DNA of 63,136 nt from an uncultured Pseudomonadales bacterium (GTDB lineage Bacteria; Patescibacteriota; Microgenomatia; UBA1400; CG1-02-47-37). How positions within the stretch are numbered: position 1 is the first letter of the stretch; the number at the start of each line of letters is the position of its first letter. The stretch is from the NCBI GenBank assembly GCA_964630755.1, contig CAZVYS010000003.1:1-63136 (forward strand), written 5' to 3'. A model generated the notes under the pieces. It was not told the DNA's origin. It did no database searches and was given only the letters and a program-made list of their open reading frames with translations. The translations under genes were made by a program, and so were the position numbers. Positions 55,003 to 63,136 of this stretch are shown one piece after another.

Positions 55003-55263
55003 CTAGTTTAATAATCTTTTTAAAACTTGATAAACATCTTTTCGATGACCAATCATAATTATATATAACTCTTTTTTGCTTTTCTTAAATACAATTCGAC
55101 AGTCTCCCACTCTAACTCTATACACGTCTCTATATCCACTTAGTTTTTCTTGACTCGCCCCATTATTAACTAGGCTTCTTATCTTATTTGCTACCGCAAT
55201 TTGATCAACTTTACTTAACCTCTTCAACCTTTTTTTTGCTCTTGGCAAAATCTTCAATTTCAT
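55003..55263 (-). CDS. type II toxin, RelE/ParE family
   Basis: 86 aa, YRVRVGDCRIVFKK...IIMIGHRKDVY. Overlaps the antitoxin gene by 4 nt. Confidence 0.8.
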   Translation of the reverse strand: MKLKILPRAKKRLKRLSKVDQIAVANKIRSLVNNGASQEKLSGYRDVYRVRVGDCRIVFKKSKKELYIIMIGHRKDVYQVLKRLLN

Positions 55264-55499
55264 ATCCCCAGTTCTTTAGCCACTTCAGAAAAATCTTGAG
55301 CTCTTGAAAAATCAGCTTGCTTTACTGCCCGCTTATCAATTAAATCTTCCATAAAACTAATCATCTTCTCATATAATTTACTTCCCACGAGATAAGCTTC
55401 AACTTTATTTCTTTTATTTACCGCCACCGGATAATCAGCCGCCTGACTTAATATCTTAGCTGGACTCGCCTTTAATTGTGAAATAGATACCACATTCAT
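55260..55499 (-). CDS. type II antitoxin, Phd/YefM-like
   Basis: 79 aa, N-terminal ISQLKASPAKIL...PVAVNKRNKVEAYLV. Confidence 0.75.
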   Translation of the reverse strand: MNVVSISQLKASPAKILSQAADYPVAVNKRNKVEAYLVGSKLYEKMISFMEDLIDKRAVKQADFSRAQDFSEVAKELGI

Positions 55500-55548
55500 A
55501 GCTAAATATTACCCTATAATAGGTCTTTTGTCAAGACCTATTTACAGG

Positions 55549-56706
55549 TCATCTCTTTTTTATCACTAACAAACCAAATCCAACAAACATTATCAACATC
55601 GACACCACCACCAAACTTTCTGGTATAAACTTAGTCAATAAATAACCTCCTAACACCGGCCCCGCTATCTGAGTCAAACTAGTAATTCCTGACGCTACTC
55701 CCAAAACCGCCCCTTGTTCATCTTCTTCAACACTTCTAGATATAGCTCCCATTAAAAGCGGCCTCACTAGTCCAGTGCCAAAAGCAAAAAAGCTCATTGC
55801 TACTCCTACCAGCCAGTTTGTTTTCACTACTCCCAATCCTACAATTCCTACCATAATCAATACCAGTCCTACTCTCTTGAGCACCCTTTCTCCCCATTTA
55901 TCTATCATTTTTGAAATCAAAACTCCTCTTAAAATTACATTTACCAGGCCAATATAGGCCAACACCCAACCAACATTTTCAGCTGTAAACCTCCACTTTC
56001 TATCAGCATAGATAGCAAAATTCCCTTGCCAAACCATTGAAGTCATCACATAGGTTAAAAAAATTAACAAACTTCTCCTAGTTGCTTTTATATCAAAATA
56101 TCTCTTAAATACCTGAAAATCCAAAATCTTAATCTTTCCTAATTTTTCTCTCTGGTTCTTAACCGTCTCCGGCAAAAACATCACTGTTAATATAATCGTC
56201 AACAAACTAAGTCCTGCCGCTAAATATGCCGGCACACTAAACCCAAATCGAGATAAATATCCCCCAATCGCCGGCCCAATCAAAAACCCAATTCCAAAAG
56301 CCGCTCCGCTAACCCCAAAGGCTTTGCTTCGATCCTTTTTACTTGATACATCACTAATATATGCCTGAGCAATCGTAAAATTACTTCCTAAAGCTCCATC
56401 AACTGCCCGTGAAATAAACAACATCCCCACTGATCTGGCTCGCGCTAAAAGCACAAAACTCACAAAAGTTGATATCTGAGAAGCTATTAACAAAGGCCTT
56501 CTTCCCCATTTGTCTGACAACCGCCCCATAATTGGAGCCGAAATAAACTGCAGCAAAGAAAACAAACCAATGATCAACGAAATCGTCAACGGCGACGCCC
56601 CCATTCCTTGAGCATAAAAAGGCAAAAAAGGCAGAATCAACGAAAATCCCAACACCTCTGTAATCTGGATCAAAAGAATTATCAGCAGCTTCTTGTCAAA
56701 CTTCAT
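55549..56706 (-). CDS. MFS transporter (drug:H+ antiporter-like)
   Basis: 12 TM helices and GRLSDKWGRRP motif A. Confidence 0.88.
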   Translation of the reverse strand: MKFDKKLLIILLIQITEVLGFSLILPFLPFYAQGMGASPLTISLIIGLFSLLQFISAPIMGRLSDKWGRRPLLIASQISTFVSFVLLARARSVGMLFISRAVDGALGSNFTIAQAYISDVSSKKDRSKAFGVSGAAFGIGFLIGPAIGGYLSRFGFSVPAYLAAGLSLLTIILTVMFLPETVKNQREKLGKIKILDFQVFKRYFDIKATRRSLLIFLTYVMTSMVWQGNFAIYADRKWRFTAENVGWVLAYIGLVNVILRGVLISKMIDKWGERVLKRVGLVLIMVGIVGLGVVKTNWLVGVAMSFFAFGTGLVRPLLMGAISRSVEEDEQGAVLGVASGITSLTQIAGPVLGGYLLTKFIPESLVVVSMLIMFVGFGLLVIKKR

Positions 56707-56754
56707 AAACTATAATTATACGCTATAATATTTTTTACCATTCAATCGCTAAGC

Positions 56755-58188
56755 ATGATTCCCACCTACCTAAAATCTCGTTCTTACCAACCTGCTAATC
56801 CAGATACTCTCTATCACCCCAGCGACCAAAAAACCTTTACTAAAACCATTCCCTTACCCAAAGACTTTTTTATTGCCGGTGCCGACGCTGCTTATCAAGT
56901 TGAAGGCACTCCTCCAGACTCCCTTCCCACCATTTGGGACACCTTCACTACTCAAAAAAAACTTACCCCCGCAGACCTTGGCATTGGTCGCTACCAACAC
57001 TACCAAAAACACGCCCAACTCATCATCAATCTTGGCTCCAAACACTACCGCACCTCTATCTCTATCTCTCGCATTCTAAATAAAAACGGCCAACCAAACC
57101 AAAAAGCTATCACTTGGTACCAAAACTACTTCAAACTGCTTCAAAAAGCTAACATCAAAATCTATCCCACTCTCTACCACTGGGAATTGCCTGCTTACCT
57201 TAAAAACGGCTGGAAAAATCCCCAATCAGTTGACCTGCTTGTCAAACACGCCCAGGTTGTTACCAAGCACCTTGATCAATACATCGAGGAATACTTTGTC
57301 TTAAACGAACCTTGGTGCAGTTCTTTGCTTAGCTATCACTTAGGCATTCACGCACCCGGCGAAACAAATCTCCAAGGCGCCCTTCTAGCCGCTCATCATC
57401 TCTTGCTTGGTAATGCCAAAGCTTTAAAAGCTAACAAAACAAAAAAACCACAGCCCAAGGTCAGTACCGTTCTCAACTTTGAACCAGCCTATCCGGCCAC
57501 CAACTCCAAATCCAACTTAACAGCCGCCAATCTAGCTGATGGTTACTACAATCGTTGGTTTATTGATCCAATTTACAAAGGCTCATACCCCAAACACATG
57601 ATCAAACACTACACCAAGAATAACGTCATGCCTCAACTTGAAAAAAAAGACCTCTCCACTATTCACCTTGGCTCTAAGCTTCACTCTTTAGGCGTAAACT
57701 ACTATCGCCCTTCTCTGGTTAAATCACTCGATAATCCCAAACCCAACCAGCCTCCATATCAATCAATCGTTCTCAAAGATGAACCCACCAACGACCTCGG
57801 TTGGCCAATTAACCCTATTGGCTTATTTGACTTACTTAACCAACTATACTCAGAATACAAATCTCACGGCCTCAATCAAATCTACATCACCGAAAATGGT
57901 CTCGCCCTCAACACCCCTCTTAACCCCCAAACAAAAACTATCAATGACTCCAAGCGCATCCAGTTCTTTAAGCAACATTTTTACCAAGTCGTAAAGGCCA
58001 TTAAGGCAGACATACCAATAAAGGGTTTTTTTATCTGGACCTTGTTTGATAACTTTGAATGGAGCGAAGGCTACAAACCAGAATCCTGCTTTGGCTTTAT
58101 CCACGTTGACAAAAATCAACAATGCTTTCCTAAAAAAAGCTACTTCTGGCTTCAGAAGCTCATCAAGTCTCGCCTCTTAGCCCCCTAG
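56755..58188 (+). CDS. GH1 beta-glucosidase
   Basis: LNEP acid/base motif and ITENG nucleophile motif, FEWSEGY. Confidence 0.9.
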   Translation: MIPTYLKSRSYQPANPDTLYHPSDQKTFTKTIPLPKDFFIAGADAAYQVEGTPPDSLPTIWDTFTTQKKLTPADLGIGRYQHYQKHAQLIINLGSKHYRTSISISRILNKNGQPNQKAITWYQNYFKLLQKANIKIYPTLYHWELPAYLKNGWKNPQSVDLLVKHAQVVTKHLDQYIEEYFVLNEPWCSSLLSYHLGIHAPGETNLQGALLAAHHLLLGNAKALKANKTKKPQPKVSTVLNFEPAYPATNSKSNLTAANLADGYYNRWFIDPIYKGSYPKHMIKHYTKNNVMPQLEKKDLSTIHLGSKLHSLGVNYYRPSLVKSLDNPKPNQPPYQSIVLKDEPTNDLGWPINPIGLFDLLNQLYSEYKSHGLNQIYITENGLALNTPLNPQTKTINDSKRIQFFKQHFYQVVKAIKADIPIKGFFIWTLFDNFEWSEGYKPESCFGFIHVDKNQQCFPKKSYFWLQKLIKSRLLAP

Positions 58189-58848
58189 CTCACTGACAGG
58201 ATCACTGACAGGGTCTGACCCTGTCACAATCGGCATAATATAAGTTATCGTTTTTCTAGGAATATCATAAATCTCAATTCCAATCTCAGATTCCGCATAT
58301 CCTTTGTCTTGCCAGTGTTCTTGAATCACCGGATAAACCCTCATCGGTCCGATCATATAAGAAAGCATGGTTTTAATCGGAAACTCCACTACCATTGCTT
58401 GCATTGCCTCATATTCCTTTACCTCAAATTTCTCTCTCACTTCCACCAGTTTTTCCGCACTCAAGCCTTCAATCAAGCTGCCTACCTCACTTCTCAAATC
58501 CTCCTCTGCTGTTATTTTTGGATCACCATAATACACCCCCACCCCTCGAATCGGTTCTATCCCCATACCCACCAATCCTTCATACACTTCATCCATTGGT
58601 TTCTTGGTTTTTGTATAAGCACCTTTATGCTCCTTAACCGCCATCACCATCGCCGGCACTTGTTTTTCCACTACCACTGGCTTACTAAATCCCCCGCTAT
58701 ACCCCCATACTCCTCCTCCGACTAATACTGACCAAAAAATTGTTGCAAATATTTTTCTTGCCCAAAAACAACCCTTAGGGCACTCACTCTTACATCCACA
58801 AACACACTTGCACTCTTTCTTTTCTTTTTTCTTTTTGGTTTTTTTCAT
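58177..58848 (-). CDS. membrane-anchored GyrI-like small-molecule-binding domain protein
   Basis: Lys/Cys-rich N-terminus (CKCVCGCKSECPKGC), a TM helix, then a GyrI-like domain (HKGAYTKT...GVYYGDP). Confidence 0.6.
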   Translation of the reverse strand: MKKTKKKKEKKECKCVCGCKSECPKGCFWARKIFATIFWSVLVGGGVWGYSGGFSKPVVVEKQVPAMVMAVKEHKGAYTKTKKPMDEVYEGLVGMGIEPIRGVGVYYGDPKITAEEDLRSEVGSLIEGLSAEKLVEVREKFEVKEYEAMQAMVVEFPIKTMLSYMIGPMRVYPVIQEHWQDKGYAESEIGIEIYDIPRKTITYIMPIVTGSDPVSDPVSELGG

Positions 58849-58918
58849 AAAACCTCCTGCAAGTTTTTAATTACTTATATTTTAACCAACGTGTTAAACT
58901 AAATCAAAGGAGGCTTAT

Positions 58919-59347
58919 ATGTCAAAATCAAAATTCGTTCTTAAAAAAAATCCAGGCCTAACTTTACTCACCACCCTCTATCTATTCTTCTTTGTTAACT
59001 CAGTCGTAATCCTACTAACAAACTACTTTTTCCCCAGTCATATTGTTCTTGGCACCAGTCATATCTCAAAAACATGGGCCGTCATTCACTCTATGAGCAC
59101 TTTAGCTTTTATCAACGCCTTTGCTATTCCTTTTGCAAGAGAACTAGAAAGAATCAAAGGTCGCCCACTTGCTCATAAAGAATGGGTGATTAAATACTTT
59201 GCCCTAAACTTTATTTCTCTTTGGGTTATCGCCCGTTTAGCTGAACAACTTGGCCTTGGTCTATCATCTTGGCTCGTTGTTTTTGCTCTAGCTGTAGTTT
59301 TCGACATCACTCAAGGCATTGCCATAATGTGGTTTAAAAAACAATAA
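58919..59347 (+). CDS. hypothetical 4-TM membrane protein
   Basis: 142 aa with a strong SD AAAGGAGG upstream. Confidence 0.6.
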   Translation: MSKSKFVLKKNPGLTLLTTLYLFFFVNSVVILLTNYFFPSHIVLGTSHISKTWAVIHSMSTLAFINAFAIPFARELERIKGRPLAHKEWVIKYFALNFISLWVIARLAEQLGLGLSSWLVVFALAVVFDITQGIAIMWFKKQ

Positions 59348-59353
59348 AGATAC

Positions 59354-60046
59354 TTACACCAAGGCCTGATACTCAAAAAAACTAAAAGCTGCTTTTTTAT
59401 CAAGCTTTCTACACTCTTGCTTAATTGTCTCTAAACTTTCCATAACTTTTGGTTTTGCTAAAAACAGCATTACCTGTTTTTCTTCATCACTCGCCCGCCT
59501 CAACTTAACCTCTAAGCAATTCTCCTCAAAAATCCTTATCACTCGAGAAAGTTTTTGATGTTTTTCAAAAACAACTTCAACATGAAGCGCTTTTCTTTCT
59601 AAAAACTTGTCCTTCATTTTGCCAGATAAAAACGCCTGTCCAAACACTACTAGTAATATCAGTCCAAAAAACACACTTGTTAAACCTATTTGGCCAGCTC
59701 CAAACCCTAGTCCTAAAGTAATAGCTAAAAAGATATACACCAACTCCTCTGGATCTTTAATTGCCGACCTAAATCTAACAATCGATAAAGCACCCACTAA
59801 CCCTAAAGATAAAGTCAGAGACACTTTAATAATCGAAATAATCAACATAGTTGTCATAGCCATCACTGGGAAAATTGCCGCCAGCCGCCACCTATTAGAT
59901 AAACTCCTTCCCACCCAAACATAAACCAGTGACAACAAACTAGAAAGTAAAATCAATAACCCCACCCTGAGTAAAATCTTTATCACTTCAAATCCTAAAT
60001 TACTTTCTAACCAAAAATTAATTGAATCTAATACCATAAATATCAA
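59354..60046 (-). CDS. DUF4956 membrane protein
   Basis: LGLVGALSIVRFRSAIKDPEELVYIF signature. Confidence 0.75.
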   Translation of the reverse strand: MIFMVLDSINFWLESNLGFEVIKILLRVGLLILLSSLLSLVYVWVGRSLSNRWRLAAIFPVMAMTTMLIISIIKVSLTLSLGLVGALSIVRFRSAIKDPEELVYIFLAITLGLGFGAGQIGLTSVFFGLILLVVFGQAFLSGKMKDKFLERKALHVEVVFEKHQKLSRVIRIFEENCLEVKLRRASDEEKQVMLFLAKPKVMESLETIKQECRKLDKKAAFSFFEYQALV

Positions 60047-60061
60047 TCAGTATATCATTTT

Positions 60062-61468
60062 TTACATCCACTGCTCACTTTTTTCTAAATACTCAATCGT
60101 TCTATTGTAAAAAGCGCCCGGCCTGTTTATTACAAATTCTTTTAATAACTCTACCCGTCTCTCCCATTCTTCAATACTGCCTACCACTTGATAATCACTT
60201 TCAGATGACTCACTCCCCCACCTCTTAATCTGTTTCTGCATTTCCGGCCTTATTTCCTCAGCTAATTCATCTATTATCTTAACTGCTTTTTCCCCACTTA
60301 ACCCATCTTCAACTAATTCCTCTACTCTATGTAAATATCTTCTCCGAAAACCTTGATCAAAAAACAAATTTCGAAACAAAAAAGCATCATCTAATAACAA
60401 ATTATAACTATCTGTCTTAGCTGAAATTCTCATCTTTTCCTTTGTTTCTGTACTTGAGCCAAAACCTACGTCCAAATCAAACAATAACCATCTAAATCGA
60501 CCATCTAGCACTTCGAGTTCGTCAAGATTTATTCCTTTCATTGGCTCCACCTTAAACCGCCATGCCTTTATATTGTTATTTGGCCAATCTTGATTCATAA
60601 AAAATAATTCAAGCAGCAAATAATCAAGTAAATTACTAGCATCAACTCTATCTTGAATTGAAGTATATCCTTCACACCCTCCGCACGCACGAACAGCACT
60701 TAAAATCAAATTATACCTTTTCGCTTCAGGCATATCTCCTTTATCTACTGCAACTGCCTGTCCTCGATCCTCTCCACTCCTCAACGGTACTTCTATCATT
60801 CCTAGCATGCCTGGCCTAATTCGATACTTTTCCTTAAAATACTCATCATCATATCTTTCTTGCAAAAGATATAAACCCCAATACTCGTTATTCAAATAAA
60901 CCACTACTGGTCGTCCTAACTGCACTTCTAAATCCGAAACACTCTTAGCTAATCGACTTGCCAGCTGATCTCTCATCATTGTTAAATTACTGTCACTCAC
61001 TCGTAAAACCAAGCTCCCGTATCGACTATTTCCCTCTTCTCCAAAAAATGGATACTCAAACATTGAATTTTCCCCCTCATTATCTTTTGCTAATAATCGA
61101 AACGCTTTTTGAGGCATTGATCTCATATTCCACCCATGAAGCCTCAGCCCTATATTTTGACTTAGCTCAAGCTTGCCTTCTTTGTCGTAATAATTCAAAA
61201 CAGCTTCCCGTTCCCAAGCATCTCCTGTTTGATATATATTCTCATTCTCACCCTTAACATAAATGCCTATTTCTTCATCCCACAAATTATCTGGATTAGT
61301 AGTAATCGCCAAAACTGGCAAATCATGCTCCTGTCCTTGCCATATTTCCTCAACTCTTGAAAAGCTCTTGCTAAGCCAAAAAGCCAACCAACCCACCACA
61401 ATCAAAGCTATTAAAAACGTCATCATCCACCACTTTCCCAACATTCTTTTTCGTTTCTTTAGCCACAT
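60062..61468 (-). CDS. CotH kinase family protein, membrane anchored
   Basis: 468 aa with an N-terminal TM helix. Also LRLHGWNMRSMPQKAFRL and a CotH-like core. Confidence 0.7.
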   Translation of the reverse strand: MWLKKRKRMLGKWWMMTFLIALIVVGWLAFWLSKSFSRVEEIWQGQEHDLPVLAITTNPDNLWDEEIGIYVKGENENIYQTGDAWEREAVLNYYDKEGKLELSQNIGLRLHGWNMRSMPQKAFRLLAKDNEGENSMFEYPFFGEEGNSRYGSLVLRVSDSNLTMMRDQLASRLAKSVSDLEVQLGRPVVVYLNNEYWGLYLLQERYDDEYFKEKYRIRPGMLGMIEVPLRSGEDRGQAVAVDKGDMPEAKRYNLILSAVRACGGCEGYTSIQDRVDASNLLDYLLLELFFMNQDWPNNNIKAWRFKVEPMKGINLDELEVLDGRFRWLLFDLDVGFGSSTETKEKMRISAKTDSYNLLLDDAFLFRNLFFDQGFRRRYLHRVEELVEDGLSGEKAVKIIDELAEEIRPEMQKQIKRWGSESSESDYQVVGSIEEWERRVELLKEFVINRPGAFYNRTIEYLEKSEQWM

Positions 61469-62109
61469 AGCTGCACTCCCATCATGTACTTAGAAGACTT
61501 AGATATCCTTAACGGCCAATCCTGAACAATTCTATCAAGCCACTTGTCATTCTTAACCTTATACTTTGCTTCTAAAATAGTCCCTTGTAGTCGATTAACC
61601 ATTCTTTTCTTATTAAAATCTCTGATATGTTGAAATCTTAAATCACTATCAATCGTCACTCTTATCTGATGAGCCTCAGTTCTAAAATACTTCCTTTCAT
61701 AAGAATTAACCATGACTGGACACAGATCATAAGCTTCGCTTGCCGACAACTTCAACCACTCACGCACATGTTTTTTTAACTTATTTAAACCTATCTTATT
61801 AATATCCTGCTTTAATTTATATACTTCTTTTCTTAATACTTCTCCATCTCTCATTTTTACTTCAAGTTGTACCGGACTTAACTTTTCATCATGCTCATAC
61901 CACCTTACTCTTACTTTTTTTCTTCTTTGCCCCCCCATTAAATTTTGTTGATAATACAACTTGTCAGGAGTGTCAAAATACATTGACCACACTCGTCTTT
62001 GATAATACAACTGTTTAAAATAAGAAGCCCCTGTTTTCAAAAAACCTTCCAGTTGATCTGGTAAATAATCCTCTGTTAAATACTTCCTTTCATATCGAAA
62101 CTGGGTCAT
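61459..62109 (-). CDS. VTC (polyphosphate polymerase / triphosphate tunnel) domain protein
   Basis: FRYERKY and LEVKMR tunnel motifs; 216 aa. Overlaps the cotH-like start by 10 nt. Confidence 0.7.
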   Translation of the reverse strand: MTQFRYERKYLTEDYLPDQLEGFLKTGASYFKQLYYQRRVWSMYFDTPDKLYYQQNLMGGQRRKKVRVRWYEHDEKLSPVQLEVKMRDGEVLRKEVYKLKQDINKIGLNKLKKHVREWLKLSASEAYDLCPVMVNSYERKYFRTEAHQIRVTIDSDLRFQHIRDFNKKRMVNRLQGTILEAKYKVKNDKWLDRIVQDWPLRISKSSKYMMGVQLCG

Positions 62110-62137
62110 AGCCTATTCTATCAAACGAAATTACCCA

Positions 62138-62881
62138 TTAATGTTCGTGTGGCACTACCAACAAAACCAAATACATCAAAATCACTCCCAAAAGCATTAC
62201 CCCCACTGCCTTGCTTTTTTCAAGCTCTTCGTCTGCGTGTGGCAAAAAATCACTCGCCCCAAGATAAAGAAACATCCCAGCCACCATTGCTAACAAATAC
62301 CCCACTACCACCCCACTAACATTCAAGTAATAAGTTAAAACCGCTCCCACCACCGTCATCAAAGCTGACACTAAGTTAACACCAAAAATCTTGCCTCTTT
62401 TCCAGCCGATTTTCAGCAAAATTCCAAAATCTCCAATCTCATGCGGCACTTCATGAAGTAAATTCGACACTGCTGTCACCAATCCCAAACCCGGATTAAC
62501 AAGATAACTAGCCGTTATCGCCACCCCATCCACCAAATGATGAATCATATCTCCCACCATCACCATCCAGGCTGATCCTTGATGGTCTTTACAACCACTG
62601 CCATGGTCATGATGGTGTAAATCACAACATAAATTCTCAAACAAATATGCTCCTAAAAAACTAAGTAAAGCCACCAAAAATCCTTTGTGGTCAATCAAAT
62701 GAATTGACTCAGGCAATAATCCTAACATTGCTACTGTCAAAAGCACACCTGCTGCAAACGGCACTGAATAGCTAGATAGTACCTTTGTCCATTTTTTCAC
62801 CGATAAAAACACCACTCCTACTATCAAAGCCACCACACTTCCCAGTAATGCCAGCAACACTATATTAACTATATCGTTCAT
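62138..62881 (-). CDS. ZIP-family divalent metal (zinc) transporter
   Basis: HEVPHEIGDF motif and a His-rich loop HHHDHGSGCKDHQGS. Confidence 0.88.
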   Translation of the reverse strand: MNDIVNIVLLALLGSVVALIVGVVFLSVKKWTKVLSSYSVPFAAGVLLTVAMLGLLPESIHLIDHKGFLVALLSFLGAYLFENLCCDLHHHDHGSGCKDHQGSAWMVMVGDMIHHLVDGVAITASYLVNPGLGLVTAVSNLLHEVPHEIGDFGILLKIGWKRGKIFGVNLVSALMTVVGAVLTYYLNVSGVVVGYLLAMVAGMFLYLGASDFLPHADEELEKSKAVGVMLLGVILMYLVLLVVPHEH

Positions 62882-62901
62882 TTTGTTATTTTATAACAAA
62901 A
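62881..62901. promoter_or_regulatory. Zur-box-like palindrome abutting the ZIP start codon
   Basis: TTTTGTTAT-TTT-ATAACAAAA has perfect 9-bp arms and the TGTTAT-n3-ATAACA core of Zur operators. Confidence 0.5.
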
Positions 62902-62968
62902 GGTTCCGAACTTCAGCAATTTGCTAAAAAGCAAATTTGCGACTTCGTTAGAAGCTAGTTCGGAACCT
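62901..62968 (-). terminator. long compound hairpin (GGTTCCGAACT arms) after the zinc-ribbon gene
   Basis: AGGTTCCGAACT...AGTTCGGAACCT with an inner GCAAATTTGC/GCAAATTGC hairpin, followed on the minus strand by TTTTGTT. Confidence 0.45.
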
Positions 62969-62982
62969 CCGTAAATTAAAAC

Positions 62983-63136
62983 TTAAAACCTTTTTGGGCC
63001 ACGGTTGTATCCCCCGCCACCTCGATTGTCATTTCGTTGCTTCATATAGCAATCACGACAATAAACCGGTCTGTCTCCAGATGGTTTAAAAGGCACTTGA
63101 GCTTTGTTGCCACAGCTTGAGCAAGTAACTTCAAAC
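62983..63136 (-). CDS. zinc-ribbon protein, 5'-truncated by the window edge
   Basis: Hand-translated ...CSSCGNKAQVPFKPSGDRPVYCRDCYMKQRNDNRGGGGYNRGPKRF*, a CxxC...CxxC motif with an RGG tail. Confidence 0.55.
   Translation of the reverse strand, partial: FEVTCSSCGNKAQVPFKPSGDRPVYCRDCYMKQRNDNRGGGGYNRGPKRF

Noticed and set aside
1-63136. Possibility of an alternative genetic code (UGA reassignment, as in some candidate phyla).
   Set aside because: Conserved genes end at TGA, TAA and TAG with normal lengths (for example pfkB ends at TGA), and no in-frame TGA interrupts recognisable domains. The standard code fits.

Overview
AT-rich, gene-dense bacterial chromosome segment with about 80 genes, mostly on the minus strand. 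Small housekeeping genes, tandem class A PBPs, a two-subunit [NiFe] hydrogenase and many orphan ORFs suggest a reduced Patescibacteria/CPR-like genome; this is inference only, since no rRNA is present. Recognisable blocks are: a cobalamin/dNTP block (cobO, maf, three tandem class II RNR genes, nrdR with NrdR boxes, and a cobalamin riboswitch ahead of a 691-aa acidic orphan); two class A PBPs plus a beta-lactamase-like hydrolase; pentose-phosphate and glycolysis genes (pfkB, rpe, gap, rpiB, pgk, fba, glpX); NAD salvage; an Rrf2-sufCBDSU operon; a [NiFe] hydrogenase with protease and HypC; an oxidative-stress/thiol group; an ECF sigma cluster; pyrimidine genes (udk, dcd); a RelE/Phd pair; a GH1 glucosidase; and a VTC-CotH-DUF4956 operon next to a ZIP transporter with a Zur-like box. 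The most unusual signal is a ~70-bp double-hairpin repeat with invariant GAAT loops and co-varying stems. I found 13 copies, all in one orientation. Several lie in frame inside conserved enzymes, and two near-identical half-copies directly flank a small GIY-YIG nuclease gene. A second candidate is the cobalamin-riboswitch-controlled acidic orphan protein beside the B12-dependent RNR cluster. A conserved, co-varying 5' leader hairpin is shared by two small-protein genes. All calls come from reading the sequence and ORF translations; no searches were run.
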